From positions 1-62,230 of the forward strand of contig CAZVWW010000003.1 in the NCBI GenBank assembly GCA_964631265.1: a stretch of 62,230 nucleotides of DNA, given 5' to 3'. Position 1 is the first letter of the stretch. Each line of letters opens with the position of its first letter. A model generated the notes under the pieces. That model worked only from the letters and a program-made list of their open reading frames with translations, was not told the DNA's origin and searched no databases. Both the position numbers and the translations under genes were made by a program. Shown piece after piece: positions 1-10,162 of the stretch. This stretch comes from an uncultured Thermotogaceae bacterium (GTDB taxonomy: Bacteria; Thermotogota; Thermotogae; MWEM01).

Positions 1-1121
1 CTCTCTCGCATGGCACGATTGATATACGTCATGTTCTTAAGGAGCTGAACCTGTTCTTTCTGTTTTGCCAGGATCCGCTCATTGGTAAGGGTTAGAGCCC
101 GATAACGTTTATTCTCCCTTGAGAGCTCGGACAGATACTTCAGCTTTGAAACACCTAACGAGATCCTCGAAGCAATATCCTCCAAAAGGGCCAGATCGAT
201 CTCGTCGAAATGCTTGTACGGCCTGTAAAGATTCTGCGCCTTTCTGTTGATTAAAATGACAACCCCGTATATGTCGTTATCATGATAAAGCGGTGCGGCG
301 ATGGCGGATTTAATTGAGATATCGATCATGTCAAGTGCGGCTCTGGGGTCCCTCTTTGCCGAGATGGAGAGGACCGGTTCCCTGTTGGTAAAACACCACC
401 CCACCATGCCGTGGTCCGTGGGAATGGTCTTTCGCATGATCTTGTCTTCATCCATACCGTACCAGTAGGAGATCTCGAGTTCATCATTCGGGTTTTTCAA
501 CCATATGGAACCGTTTTCCACATTCAGCATCGAACACGTCGTGTTTAATGATTCACGATAAAGTGAATCTTCATCCTGTGCCTTGTTGACGAGTTCGTGA
601 AGTCTTGTCAGGCTTAAGAGTTTCTGGGTGTTATCCCGATACAGTCTGTTCTCGATCGAGAGCTTGACGATCTTCCCGATGCTTCTCAGCAGTTCGATAA
701 AGGTCGAAAAATTATCCTCAAGCGTTGAATAATCGTCAAAACCGAACATGATCATCCCGATCAGTTCATTTCTGTCCAGTACGGGAAAAAGCATCAGTTT
801 GTCAGAATCGAAGATTCGATGTTTTTCTTTCAAATCTTCTGTTTTCATATTGACAAGATTTCCCTTTTTAATCTCCTGATAGGCATCGAGTTCCGAGTTC
901 TTAATTTTAAAAACCTTTACAAGCGATTTGTCAAGCGTCGATATACCAAAGAGCCTGAAGGCTTGTTTTTCCCTTTCGAAGATGAAAATAGCACATTCAT
1001 TTGTCTCAAAATTGATCGACAATTCTTCGGCAAGTTTATTAACGCCTTCATCCGAATGGACAATATCCAGATTGAGCAGGGTTTTAAAGATTTTAAGTTG
1101 ATCAAAGCCGGTTTGGCTCAT
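1..1121 (-). CDS. GAF-domain signalling protein, N-terminal part (gene runs off the left window edge)
   Basis: Absent from the ORF track because it is open at the edge. The reverse strand reads GAAGGAGAAAAAAAT-ATG (start = complement of 1119-1121), then MSQTGFDQLKIFKTLLNLDIVHSDEGVNKLAEEL... I translated more than 60 codons by hand without a stop. A closed ORF of that length would have been listed, so it must run to position 1. Two GAF-like blocks are visible (..LIGMIMFGFDD.., ..HGMVGWCFTNREPV..IYGVVILINRK..). The output domain lies outside the window. Confidence 0.6.
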   Translation of the reverse strand, partial: MSQTGFDQLKIFKTLLNLDIVHSDEGVNKLAEELSINFETNECAIFIFEREKQAFRLFGISTLDKSLVKVFKIKNSELDAYQEIKKGNLVNMKTEDLKEKHRIFDSDKLMLFPVLDRNELIGMIMFGFDDYSTLEDNFSTFIELLRSIGKIVKLSIENRLYRDNTQKLLSLTRLHELVNKAQDEDSLYRESLNTTCSMLNVENGSIWLKNPNDELEISYWYGMDEDKIMRKTIPTDHGMVGWCFTNREPVLSISAKRDPRAALDMIDISIKSAIAAPLYHDNDIYGVVILINRKAQNLYRPYKHFDEIDLALLEDIASRISLGVSKLKYLSELSRENKRYRALTLTNERILAKQKEQVQLLKNMTYINRAMRE

Positions 1122-1445
1122 ATTTTTTTCTCCTTCAAAAGAGATGGTGTTCCATAGCACTCCTGCAATGAATTATAACACAGACCGGTAAAGATAAGAA
1201 GTTGTTTTTGTGTGCAAGAATATTCAATCATGCATCTTTATTCACTTAAAAAGTGCGTTGAAAAACAAAATGGCCTGAAAAGGAAACAAAAGGGAGCATG
1301 GGTTTTGAATTATCGGGTTCACACCATTTCTTTCTCGACATACGGGGGATTTTCTGATATTATAAAGACAGTTAAACCAGAAAGAAAAAATGACGGCAAT
1401 CATAAAAGCGGACAGAAAGCACAGATAAAAAAAGGAGGAATGTAA

Positions 1446-2582
1446 ATGATTAAAAAGAATTACCTGTTGGCTCCCGGACCGACACCGGTCCCGAATGACA
1501 TCCTGTTGGCTGGTGCTCAGGAGACCATACATCACAGAACACCTCAGTTTGTTAAGATTCAGGAGGAGACACTTGAAAAGGCGAAGATGCTTTTTCAAAC
1601 AAAGAACGAAGTCATGTCACTGGTTTCAACCGGAACGGGTTCTATGGAGGCAGCTGTAGCGAATATCGTTTCTGAGGGCGATAAAGTCATCGTTGTGGAT
1701 GGCGGCAAATTTGGTGAAAGATGGGTTGAAATCTGCGAGGCATTCGGTGCTGAGATTGATCTGATAAAACTGAAATGGGGCGATTATGCAAGACCGGAAC
1801 AGATAAAAGAAGCGTTAGAGAAGAACCCCGATACAGTAGCTGTTTTCACAACACACAGCGAGACATCAACCGGAACGGTGAATCCGATTGAAGAATTGGG
1901 AAATGTGGTTAAAGAATACAAGGCCCTCATGGTCGTCGATTCTGTAAGTGGACTACTGGCAGAACCGTTGAAGATGGATGACTGGCATGTTGATATCGTC
2001 TGCACCGGTCTTCAGAAGGGAGTCATGCTACCCCCGGGGTTGGCCCTTATAACCCTCAGTGAAAAGGCCTGGAAGAGAGTTGACGAATGCAAGCGAGGGG
2101 AAAAATACTACTTTGACCTCAAAAAATACCGAAAAAAATATCCGGATTCTCCCTATACGGCAGGTGTCAATCAGATTTACCAGTTGAAAAAGGCAATTGA
2201 AATGATAGAAGAGGAAGGACTGGAAAACGTCTGGGAGAGGCATAGAATACTCTCCGAGGCCACAAGGGCAGGAGTGAAGGCGCTGGGATTTGAACTGCTC
2301 TCCAAAAAGCCCGGCAACGTCACAACAGCCGTTTTATCTCCTGTGGACACAGTCAAACTCACCAAACTGATGCGAGACAAGTACGGTGTCACGATGGCCG
2401 GCGGACAGGCTGAATACAAAGGGAAAATATTCAGAATGGCACATCTCGGTTATATGGGTAAATTCGACACGATTGTCGGTTTATCCGCTCTCGAGATGGC
2501 ATTCAGAGAACTCGGTCATGAAGTTGAGCTCGGAGCCGCTGTAAAAGCCGCTGAAGAAGTCTTTCTTAAAGAAGGTGTTTAA
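1446..2582 (+). CDS. class V (serine-pyruvate / phosphoserine-type) aminotransferase
   Basis: 378-aa ORF with an AAAGGAGGAATGTAA-ATG ribosome-binding site. It has the class V fold signature and a candidate PLP lysine in ..CTGLQKGVM.. It lies directly upstream of a SerA-type dehydrogenase, as in known serine operons. Confidence 0.85.
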   Translation: MIKKNYLLAPGPTPVPNDILLAGAQETIHHRTPQFVKIQEETLEKAKMLFQTKNEVMSLVSTGTGSMEAAVANIVSEGDKVIVVDGGKFGERWVEICEAFGAEIDLIKLKWGDYARPEQIKEALEKNPDTVAVFTTHSETSTGTVNPIEELGNVVKEYKALMVVDSVSGLLAEPLKMDDWHVDIVCTGLQKGVMLPPGLALITLSEKAWKRVDECKRGEKYYFDLKKYRKKYPDSPYTAGVNQIYQLKKAIEMIEEEGLENVWERHRILSEATRAGVKALGFELLSKKPGNVTTAVLSPVDTVKLTKLMRDKYGVTMAGGQAEYKGKIFRMAHLGYMGKFDTIVGLSALEMAFRELGHEVELGAAVKAAEEVFLKEGV

Positions 2583-2583
2583 T

Positions 2584-3504
2584 ATGGCCTGGAAGATTCA
2601 TGTCAACGATCCGCTTGACGAAGATGCAATGAAGAAGCTGAAATCATATGAGAATGCTGACGTAACGGTTGAGCATTATGATAAAGAAACATTAAAGGAC
2701 ACGATCGGTGAAATGGATGCCGTGGTTGTCAGAAGCGCCACCAAGATTCGGAGAGAGATCATTGAAAACGCCCAAAAAATGAAGGTAATCGCCAGAGCGG
2801 GAACAGGCCTTGACAATATCGACCTCGATGCCGCCAAAGAAAAGGGCATCGAGGTTGTCAACACCCCCGGTGCCAACTCAGTCAGTGTTGCTGAGCTCAC
2901 CATCGGGTTGATGCTCTCGCTCTTCAGACATATCCCAAGAGGAACAAACGGTTTAAAGAACCAGCTGTGGGAAAAGAAGAAACTAAGAGGTTATGAACTC
3001 TATAAAAAGACAGTGGGCATCATCGGATTCGGGACAATCGGTAAAGAGGTGGCTAAAAGACTCCTGGCCTTTGATTGCCGAATCGTTGCCTACGATGTGG
3101 TCAAAGACAGTGGAGGTCTCGACGTTGAATTCCTGGAGTTGGATCAGCTTTACAAAGAGGCGGATATCATTACCGTTCACACCCCGTTGATAGATGCAAC
3201 GAAGGGATTAATTGACGATGCGGCCTTCAAAAAGATGAAAGATGATGTCTTCATCATCGATGCGGCAAGAGGCGGGATCCTGAACGAGCAGGCCCTTTGT
3301 GATAATATTGAATCAGGGAAAGTGGCCGGAGCAGCATTGGATGTTTACGATGTTGAACCGCCAACAGACGAACTGAGAAAACGCCTGTTATCCTACGATA
3401 ATGTCATCGGAACCCCGCATATAGGCGCTTCTACCTTCGAGGCACAGAAACGGGTTGGCGAGCAGATTGTGGAAAACCTGATGGAGGCACTTAATAAGGC
3501 ATAA
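2584..3504 (+). CDS. serA: D-3-phosphoglycerate dehydrogenase / D-isomer 2-hydroxyacid dehydrogenase
   Basis: NAD-binding motif GIIGFGTIGKEVAKR and catalytic-domain motifs (..IDAARGG.., ..GTPHIGAST..). I prefer ATG 2584 (GAAGG 8 nt upstream) over the track's GTG 2575, which overlaps the upstream stop. Confidence 0.8.
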   Translation: MAWKIHVNDPLDEDAMKKLKSYENADVTVEHYDKETLKDTIGEMDAVVVRSATKIRREIIENAQKMKVIARAGTGLDNIDLDAAKEKGIEVVNTPGANSVSVAELTIGLMLSLFRHIPRGTNGLKNQLWEKKKLRGYELYKKTVGIIGFGTIGKEVAKRLLAFDCRIVAYDVVKDSGGLDVEFLELDQLYKEADIITVHTPLIDATKGLIDDAAFKKMKDDVFIIDAARGGILNEQALCDNIESGKVAGAALDVYDVEPPTDELRKRLLSYDNVIGTPHIGASTFEAQKRVGEQIVENLMEALNKA

Positions 3505-3511
3505 TCAAATT

Positions 3512-3548
3512 GCTCCGTTATCGTTCGATAACGGAGCTTTCTTTTTTG
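3512..3548 (+). terminator. rho-independent terminator after serA
   Basis: An 11-bp stem GCTCCGTTATC / GATAACGGAGC (3512-3522 / 3527-3537) with a 4-nt loop, followed by TTTCTTTTTTG. It lies between convergent genes. Confidence 0.75.
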
Positions 3549-3549
3549 C

Positions 3550-5241
3550 TTATTCCACTTTGTACAACATCTCTTTTATCGCTTCCTGGATGATCTCAGC
3601 CTTCTCATCGGAAAGGTTCTTGTCTTCGCCGTTCGAATAAACATAGACCTTCAGCTTGGGCTCAGTGCCCGAAGGTCTGATGGCAAACCAGGACTTGTCC
3701 TCGAGGATAAACTTCAACGCATTTGTCCCGGGCACATCGATGATGGCCTGATCGAGAAAATCTATTTCAGCGACAACATCCATGTCGGCGATATTTTCAG
3801 GTGGATGAGCTCTGATGGCATCCATCATTCTTTTGATGCGTTTTTTGCCTTCCATACCCTCCAGAACCAGTGAAAAAGGTGCTTCTGTCTTGTAACCCAC
3901 TTCCTTGTAGATGCCCTCCAGCACATCAAGCAGGGTCTTGTTCTCGCGTGCGAAAAAGCCTGCTGCTTCAACAAGCAGCATCGATGAGATGACAGCATCT
4001 TTGTCCCTGACCCGTGTTCCATAGACATAGCCGATGCTCTCTTCATAGCCGAAGATAAACTCATATTCGCCTGTTTTTTCGAATTCGTTTGCCTTTCCAC
4101 AGATATTCTTGAATCCGGTCAGACTTTCAACAGTCTTTACACCGTACTTTTCGGCAATCTTTTCTCCCATATCGCCTGTTACGATTGACTTGACAATAAC
4201 CCCGTTCTGAGGAATCCTGTTTTGTTCATCAAGCGCCTGCAGTATATATTTAATCAGGATGGCACCGGTCTGATTGCCGTTAAAAGGAACATATTTATCC
4301 CCGTCTTTAATCATCACAGCGAGTCTGTCGCAATCGGGATCCGTTGCGAGTAACAGATCGGCATTTTTCTTTCTCCCAAGGTCTATCGCGTATTGAAAGG
4401 CATTCAGGTCCTCGGGATTCGGATAACCGACAGTTGTGAAATCGGGATCGGGTTTTTCCTGTTCGGGTACAACAAAGACATTTTTGAATCCGCGATCAGC
4501 CAGGACCTTTCGAACCGGGAAATTACCGGTACCGTTTAAAGGGGTGTAGACAATTCGAAGGTCCTTATTGACATCGTCCCGTAAAGACAGCGATTTGACC
4601 ATCTTCAAATACGCATTGTCAATATCCTCTCCAATGTATTGAAGCAGTCCCTTATCAAGGGCCTCTTTTTCATCCATCTGCTTTATTGAAGAAAAGTCCG
4701 TTATATGCTTTATGTATTCGGTGATGGGATCGGCAATGTCTCTGAGGATCTGAGAGCCCTCTTTCCAATAGACTTTGTAACCGTTGTAGGCCTGTGGATT
4801 GTGACTGGCGGTGACGACAATCCCGGATTGTGTTTTCAGGTAGCGTACAGCGAAGGATAATTCAGGAGTGGATCTGAGTGATTCGAATAGATAAGCCTTT
4901 ATCCCATTCTGAGCCAGGACCAGCGCAGCTGTTTTGGCAAAGAGATCGGAAAAATGCCGGCAATCATAGGCGATCGCCACTCCTTTTTTCATTGCAGTTT
5001 CCCCGTGGTCTTTTATGACTTCCGCGAGTCCCTGTGTTGCCCTCGCGATAATGTATTGGTTCATCCTGTTTGTGCCGGCCCCTATCTTCCCTCTTAGGCC
5101 GGCTGTCCCGAACTCAAGGTCGGTATAGAATCTGTCTTTGATCTCATCATCATTTCCCTTGATAGATTCCAGTTCTTTGGTTGTTTCGGGATCAAAGAAG
5201 TCGTTATTCAGCCATTCTTTGTATTTCTCCATATAGTCCAT
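3550..5241 (-). CDS. phosphoglucomutase / phosphomannomutase (alpha-D-phosphohexomutase)
   Basis: 563 aa. Contains the active-site phosphoserine loop VTASHNPQAYNGYK, the metal loop ATDPDCDRL and the sugar-binding loop GYEESIGY. Confidence 0.9.
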   Translation of the reverse strand: MDYMEKYKEWLNNDFFDPETTKELESIKGNDDEIKDRFYTDLEFGTAGLRGKIGAGTNRMNQYIIARATQGLAEVIKDHGETAMKKGVAIAYDCRHFSDLFAKTAALVLAQNGIKAYLFESLRSTPELSFAVRYLKTQSGIVVTASHNPQAYNGYKVYWKEGSQILRDIADPITEYIKHITDFSSIKQMDEKEALDKGLLQYIGEDIDNAYLKMVKSLSLRDDVNKDLRIVYTPLNGTGNFPVRKVLADRGFKNVFVVPEQEKPDPDFTTVGYPNPEDLNAFQYAIDLGRKKNADLLLATDPDCDRLAVMIKDGDKYVPFNGNQTGAILIKYILQALDEQNRIPQNGVIVKSIVTGDMGEKIAEKYGVKTVESLTGFKNICGKANEFEKTGEYEFIFGYEESIGYVYGTRVRDKDAVISSMLLVEAAGFFARENKTLLDVLEGIYKEVGYKTEAPFSLVLEGMEGKKRIKRMMDAIRAHPPENIADMDVVAEIDFLDQAIIDVPGTNALKFILEDKSWFAIRPSGTEPKLKVYVYSNGEDKNLSDEKAEIIQEAIKEMLYKVE

Positions 5242-5296
5242 TTATAACCACACCCCCGTTATTATTTGTTTTCTTGATTATACCATTAATAAGCGC

Positions 5297-5866
5297 CTAA
5301 TCACGAAGCATAGAATCCGGATCGTTTTTCTGAGCGAGAAAAAACCGTTCCAACACTTCCATATCCATCCCTTTTTTTCTTCTCACAAGGGAAATGCTCT
5401 CAATTCTTACATCATGTTTGAACGTTATCGGCAGGAGATAGGCAATTAACTTCGCAATGTTTTCATCCGATACATCCTCAATGGCAAGACTTATATGCGG
5501 GATCCATCTATGAGGGATGTAATGCTTTTTTGGTTTCTTTGATAATTTTGAAAAGACTTCGAATAATGTGCTCTGAAACTTGAGTAATTCAACGGTGGGT
5601 TTGATTTGAATATATACGGCCGGTCTTTTTCCGGTAAAGATTCCGATCCCGTTCGTCTTGATGACAAACGGGAAATGCCTTTTTCTGAGTCTGTCAATTT
5701 CATCTTTTACTTTTGTTTCATCACATTCTTGAGCAATCACCCAGGTTAAATGCGGTAATGTCGTGCTTTTAACTCTGTTGATTCCAAACAGAAGATGCAA
5801 TCGTTCCCAGATCTTTTCCACTTCATCGTGTATATATTGCGGCAATTGTGTGATTAACCCGTTCAA
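5297..5866 (-). CDS. 2H phosphoesterase superfamily protein (LigT-like)
   Basis: 189 aa with the two diagnostic H-x-T/S motifs (LPHLTWVI and IPHISLAI), spaced as in LigT / 2',5'-RNA ligase-type cyclic phosphodiesterases. Confidence 0.6.
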   Translation of the reverse strand: MNGLITQLPQYIHDEVEKIWERLHLLFGINRVKSTTLPHLTWVIAQECDETKVKDEIDRLRKRHFPFVIKTNGIGIFTGKRPAVYIQIKPTVELLKFQSTLFEVFSKLSKKPKKHYIPHRWIPHISLAIEDVSDENIAKLIAYLLPITFKHDVRIESISLVRRKKGMDMEVLERFFLAQKNDPDSMLRD

Positions 5867-5972
5867 ATCGTATCATTCCCCGGTGAGTTGCTGTGATAGT
5901 ATGGTATAATTTCATTAATGGGATGAATTCATCTCACTGACTATTATACATTACTTGGAGAGGGGTGCAATA

Positions 5973-7532
5973 ATGAAAAAAGGAATATTGATTTTGGTAA
6001 TAGCTCTAATGGTCTTATTAGCAGGCTGTGCTAAATTTGAGGAATGGTTTTTAGGGGAAGACGAGTATCAGGACAACGATAACGAAACGGTCGAAACAAC
6101 ATTGTCGGATTTTAACAATGTATCTCAGGACTCGCCTGAGTATGTTGTCAAAAGTCTTAACGACGGGGATGTCGTTACAATGCTCTCAGCTCTCATTTCG
6201 ACAGGCATGGCTATTGAAGCAAGAGAGGTTGAACAACCTCAAAGTGAGTATCTCGAGCAAGTCATAGCGCTTTTGAATCAGGCCCTGTCAACTATCAACG
6301 CGAATCAGGAAGGATACAGTATCCTCTCCGAGATCAGTGAGCTTGGGGAAAGTATCAGAGAGCGCCCGGATCGATACGACATCAAGATAACACTTGAGGG
6401 GCAGGCAAGAGAGACCATGCTTGAAAACCTCAGTCAGTTGTTAAACGAAGATTTATCGGGCAACACCGAGTTGGTTATTGATTATCGCGATCTGGCGGTT
6501 ATGATATACGGCGTCGAGGCGATCATTGACTTTAAAGAGAGAAGCGAGGAGCTCATCACGATACTGGAGGAAACAGATGATTACATCGGCCAGACAGAAA
6601 CACCCTTTAAGCCCGGTTTCTTAACCATTGTTGAAGCAGTAGACTGGGAGACACTCTTAAGCCAGAACACAGAGAGTACCTGGGGGGAACTGCAGTCTAT
6701 CTGGAATCAGATATGTGCTGTGACCTCCCCGGAGAGTAAGATGAGATTGAATGATGTATTTCTGGATGAGATTCTGACCCTTCCCGATATCGATTTTGCC
6801 ATCGAATATATGAATCTCTTCCTGGCTTTTGCGTACGATCTTTACGGTTTTGAAGAACAGAAGACCGATGAAAACGGATGGACTTCTTACAACAGCGTGT
6901 ATCAGATCGTTGCAGAAGGGGGATATGCGGAAAAGAGTGAGACTATCGCACTTTTCAAACCGGTGCTGAACAAGACGTTGGCGGAATTGACAAGCGAACC
7001 GGCAATGATGTTGACTAAGCGGGAGATTTCCCAGGATATTCAGATAACGCTTAACGGAACCACGATCACTGAGAATACAAAACTGCTCGTGATTTTGGAA
7101 ACGCTGGCGCCCGACTTTTTAAACGACGAGATCGATTTTGAAATGGATTATAATGCCGTGATTCCAATTGAAGGACAGACCGATCTCGGACTCAACGTCG
7201 ACGTTGACTTGACCGTGCTGTTGACAGAGCTCTCCGGGCTTGAGACATCTGAAACGAACTTCGCTGCGGACAAGACACTCTTTGATGTCCTGATCGACAA
7301 CGAGATTTGGACAATCATCAACAATCCGGCGATTCTTAACAGCACTCTTTTTATGAGCCTGCTGCAGGGGGCTGGCAACAACATAGATTTCTTCGATGTG
7401 GACAGCAACAGTTCAATGAGCGTTAATTACGAAGCGGGAGATAACAACACCTTTGATATCAACCTGGATCTCGACAACTACACCTTCTGGGATGTCATCG
7501 AGATGTATCTTAACCCCGTACCGCCTGAGTGA
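5973..7532 (+). CDS. acidic lipoprotein of unknown function
   Basis: ATG 5973 is preceded by GGAGAGGGG. The N-terminus MKKGILILVIALMVLLAGC has a lipobox (LAG|C). The mature part is visibly D/E/N/T-rich and I recognise no family. Confidence 0.7.
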   Translation: MKKGILILVIALMVLLAGCAKFEEWFLGEDEYQDNDNETVETTLSDFNNVSQDSPEYVVKSLNDGDVVTMLSALISTGMAIEAREVEQPQSEYLEQVIALLNQALSTINANQEGYSILSEISELGESIRERPDRYDIKITLEGQARETMLENLSQLLNEDLSGNTELVIDYRDLAVMIYGVEAIIDFKERSEELITILEETDDYIGQTETPFKPGFLTIVEAVDWETLLSQNTESTWGELQSIWNQICAVTSPESKMRLNDVFLDEILTLPDIDFAIEYMNLFLAFAYDLYGFEEQKTDENGWTSYNSVYQIVAEGGYAEKSETIALFKPVLNKTLAELTSEPAMMLTKREISQDIQITLNGTTITENTKLLVILETLAPDFLNDEIDFEMDYNAVIPIEGQTDLGLNVDVDLTVLLTELSGLETSETNFAADKTLFDVLIDNEIWTIINNPAILNSTLFMSLLQGAGNNIDFFDVDSNSSMSVNYEAGDNNTFDINLDLDNYTFWDVIEMYLNPVPPE

Positions 7533-7550
7533 TCTTGAACGATTCTTATA

Positions 7551-7578
7551 AAACGGATCGGTTGATGCCGATCCGTTT
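7551..7578. terminator. hairpin between convergent genes (possible bidirectional terminator)
   Basis: AAACGGATCGG-ttgatg-CCGATCCGTTT (11-bp stem). There is no clear U-tract on either strand, and it overlaps the stop of the minus-strand transporter gene. Confidence 0.4.
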
Positions 7579-8929
7579 ACTTATCCCTGTTCTTCTTCCA
7601 TAACCTGAACCAGAAAAGATAAAGAAAGACACCATAAGCAATCAACGCCAGAAAACTGTAAAGAAAGAGATCGGTGTTGCCCGATTTCATGCCGATGGCC
7701 GGTATGTTCAAAACCAGTATCATTGGAAACCCGAAGAGTATGGCAACGCCGCTTCCAAAGATGAGGTTTTCAGGAACCCCGCTTTTCATAAGGGGATCAA
7801 CCTCGCGCAGGAGGGCCATTCCCGTTGAGATGGTTCCGGTTAAATGACCGAAGAAACCGATCGTATTGGGCAGATGATTTTTTTTCATTGTCTTCTTGAC
7901 GATGAAGGAGACGTAGGCGAATGTTACAAGCCCGCCGGTGAAGGTAATGACGAATATCGGCCAGAACGTGTGTGAAATCCTTTCAAGAACGACTGCACTG
8001 ATCGAAGCGGCCACCATAAAGTCAAAAACAAAACCCGCAATTCTTTGTAATAAGAAGTTGTTGAGATATTTTTCTTTTGTCCAGCCCTTTTTGTGCGCAA
8101 AATTATACCCTCTTCTGAAAACGATGGCAATGACAGCACCGAAGACAAAATGGAATCCCCAGAGTGTGGTTCCGAGCCCGCTGCCGAACTCTCCAAGGCT
8201 TTCCAGAAGCATGTTTACCCCACCAAGTATCAGATAGACAAGCACATACACAAAACCGATCAGAACCATCTGAATGGTCAGCCCGTCCATATCCGAGAAT
8301 TCATAATCTTTCACCTTAATCTCTTTTTTCTGTTCTATCTGTACCTTTTTATCTCTTATCTTTCCCTTCAGGAGTATATTCAGTATGATAATACCCCCGA
8401 TCGTGGCCCAGCCGAAACCGGCTGTGGCTATGGCAAGTCCAATCGATCCGCCGTTGACCATGCCGAGTTGTTCCCATTGTGTTCCAATTGAAAAGGCCTG
8501 ACCGGGCCCTTGTCCAAACCCCATTGGCATCAGCAGGCCCATTACAGGGGGAACAGCCTTGTCAGCGAGTGACCAGAGGAGGGTCATACCGAACCCGAGT
8601 ACCCCCTGAACAAGATAAGTCGTGATAATGATAAGCCCGGCATTCATCGCATTCCAATCTTTTTGTGATTTGCGACTGCTTCTCAGACTAAGGCTGATGA
8701 AACCGATGGCCATCAGATGATAAATCAGAGGTCCAAGGGCATCCACATTAACAGGTATCAGATTAAGGAGATTGGGGCCGAGAATAAGTCCGAAAAATCC
8801 GGCCAGAATGGAGTTCGGTATTAAATATCTTCTCAAGGGGGGAAAGAACCGCTTGGCCAAAACGGCCATCCCAAAGAACATCAATATATAAACGACATCA
8901 TCTATTGTTTCCCAAAACATTGAAGCCAC
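7577..8929 (-). CDS. polytopic membrane transporter, GltS (sodium/glutamate symporter)-like
   Basis: 450 aa with about 12 hydrophobic segments. The N-terminal ..LAKRFFPPLRRYLIPNSILAGFFG.. and the late ..GHLTGTISTGMALLREVDP.. resemble GltS motifs as I recall them from E. coli GltS. Family assignment is tentative. Confidence 0.5.
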   Translation of the reverse strand: MASMFWETIDDVVYILMFFGMAVLAKRFFPPLRRYLIPNSILAGFFGLILGPNLLNLIPVNVDALGPLIYHLMAIGFISLSLRSSRKSQKDWNAMNAGLIIITTYLVQGVLGFGMTLLWSLADKAVPPVMGLLMPMGFGQGPGQAFSIGTQWEQLGMVNGGSIGLAIATAGFGWATIGGIIILNILLKGKIRDKKVQIEQKKEIKVKDYEFSDMDGLTIQMVLIGFVYVLVYLILGGVNMLLESLGEFGSGLGTTLWGFHFVFGAVIAIVFRRGYNFAHKKGWTKEKYLNNFLLQRIAGFVFDFMVAASISAVVLERISHTFWPIFVITFTGGLVTFAYVSFIVKKTMKKNHLPNTIGFFGHLTGTISTGMALLREVDPLMKSGVPENLIFGSGVAILFGFPMILVLNIPAIGMKSGNTDLFLYSFLALIAYGVFLYLFWFRLWKKNRDK

Positions 8930-10002
8930 CTCCGAGTTGTCTTGATGAGATTGAGTAAAAAGAACGCGTTGTACCTGGTTTTGATCCGTACCAGATAAGG
9001 GCCGTACAGAAACTCAAGCATCGTTGACATGAAAGTGTTAAGGGCATTGATTTTACCATAAAAAAATCTGTTGCCGGCTAATTCAAACGATTGATCATTA
9101 ATGATGATTCTCCCCTGCCCACTCACATACTTCTTTTTTTCCTTTCCATGCCACATATTAAGATGAGCGTCTCCGATCTCCTTATCTTTCTTCAATTGTC
9201 GTTCTTTCAGAAACTGTTCAAGCATTTTCTTTTGTTCCTTGACAACGTGGTGAACGGAATGCCCGGAGATAAAGCCGGTTTCTGAGATATGCCAGCTATT
9301 GCCACATTTGAAGCAATAAGCATCATTTCCTTTGGCGTTCACCGTGCTAAAGGCCTGACAGGCCGGACAAAACCAGATAATCCTCTCGATGCCGGCAGCC
9401 CTCGATGAACCCTTGTAAAGATACCCGGTTTTTCTCTGCCATTCCCAGTCCGATTGTTGGATATGATCCAAAGCCGAAGAGTCTGAGAATTCCTTTATAT
9501 TCAGTTCGATAGGGCCATAACGCCTCTTATCCGCCCATCGGGGATTAACCAGATAACCCCCGCTGATCCTCACAGCTACAATTGGTATTGTACCTCTGTC
9601 AAGGAGCTTACTTGTACCGCCGTAAACATTCTTTGAAACACCGTCCCAGGTGGCGTTCCCTTCGGCGAAAATCCCAACGGTTCTGCCGCTTTTAATATAT
9701 TTCAAGACTTTATAAATAGTCCTCAAATCGCTGGTTTCCTTTTGTTTTGATATCATATCCATATTTCTCAAAACATGTGATACGACGGGGTTTTGAAAAA
9801 CAGCGTTGTTGATGATAAAAGAGACCGGTTTTCCAATCACAGACAGCAGAAAGAAGGGGTCAACATCCTGGGTGTGGTTGGCGATTAGTATGTAAGGCGG
9901 TTCTGGAAATGTCCCGACAATCTTCAGGTCATAGCGGTTTTTAATCCATAATTTGATGAAAGGCAAAGCGGCCCCCCACAATAGTCTGCTTCTTGTTCTC
10001 AC
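8902..10002 (-). CDS. lysophospholipid (PlsC-type) acyltransferase with C-terminal zinc-ribbon extension
   Basis: HX4D motif (ANHTQDVD) and FAEGNATW (the EGT block) identify the acyltransferase domain. The C-terminal half carries CPACQ..(17)..CFKCG. Its 3' end overlaps the downstream transporter gene by 28 nt. Confidence 0.75.
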   Translation of the reverse strand: MRTRSRLLWGAALPFIKLWIKNRYDLKIVGTFPEPPYILIANHTQDVDPFFLLSVIGKPVSFIINNAVFQNPVVSHVLRNMDMISKQKETSDLRTIYKVLKYIKSGRTVGIFAEGNATWDGVSKNVYGGTSKLLDRGTIPIVAVRISGGYLVNPRWADKRRYGPIELNIKEFSDSSALDHIQQSDWEWQRKTGYLYKGSSRAAGIERIIWFCPACQAFSTVNAKGNDAYCFKCGNSWHISETGFISGHSVHHVVKEQKKMLEQFLKERQLKKDKEIGDAHLNMWHGKEKKKYVSGQGRIIINDQSFELAGNRFFYGKINALNTFMSTMLEFLYGPYLVRIKTRYNAFFLLNLIKTTRRWLQCFGKQ

Positions 10003-10162
10003 ATGAGTCTCCTTCTGTCATTATTTGAGGATTTAATACAGTTTTAGTATAACAGAATTTTATTAAGAACTGTTTTCATATTGAATAGTTTAGAGCGATA
10101 ACCAGTCTGTTTGTTTTTCTATGATAAAATAGAGGAAAAGAACACATAACGGGGGAGATAAA

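Noticed and set aside
2575-2583. Track-suggested alternative starts that extend genes into upstream neighbours. These are 2575, 14364, 17341, 19317, 20617, 24315, 25192, 30532, 31520, 34306, 41369, 48278 and 61769.
   Set aside because: In each case a downstream ATG, GTG or TTG has a properly spaced Shine-Dalgarno and/or yields a canonical signal peptide. The longer form lacks an RBS or overlaps the neighbour extensively. Start calls remain predictions.
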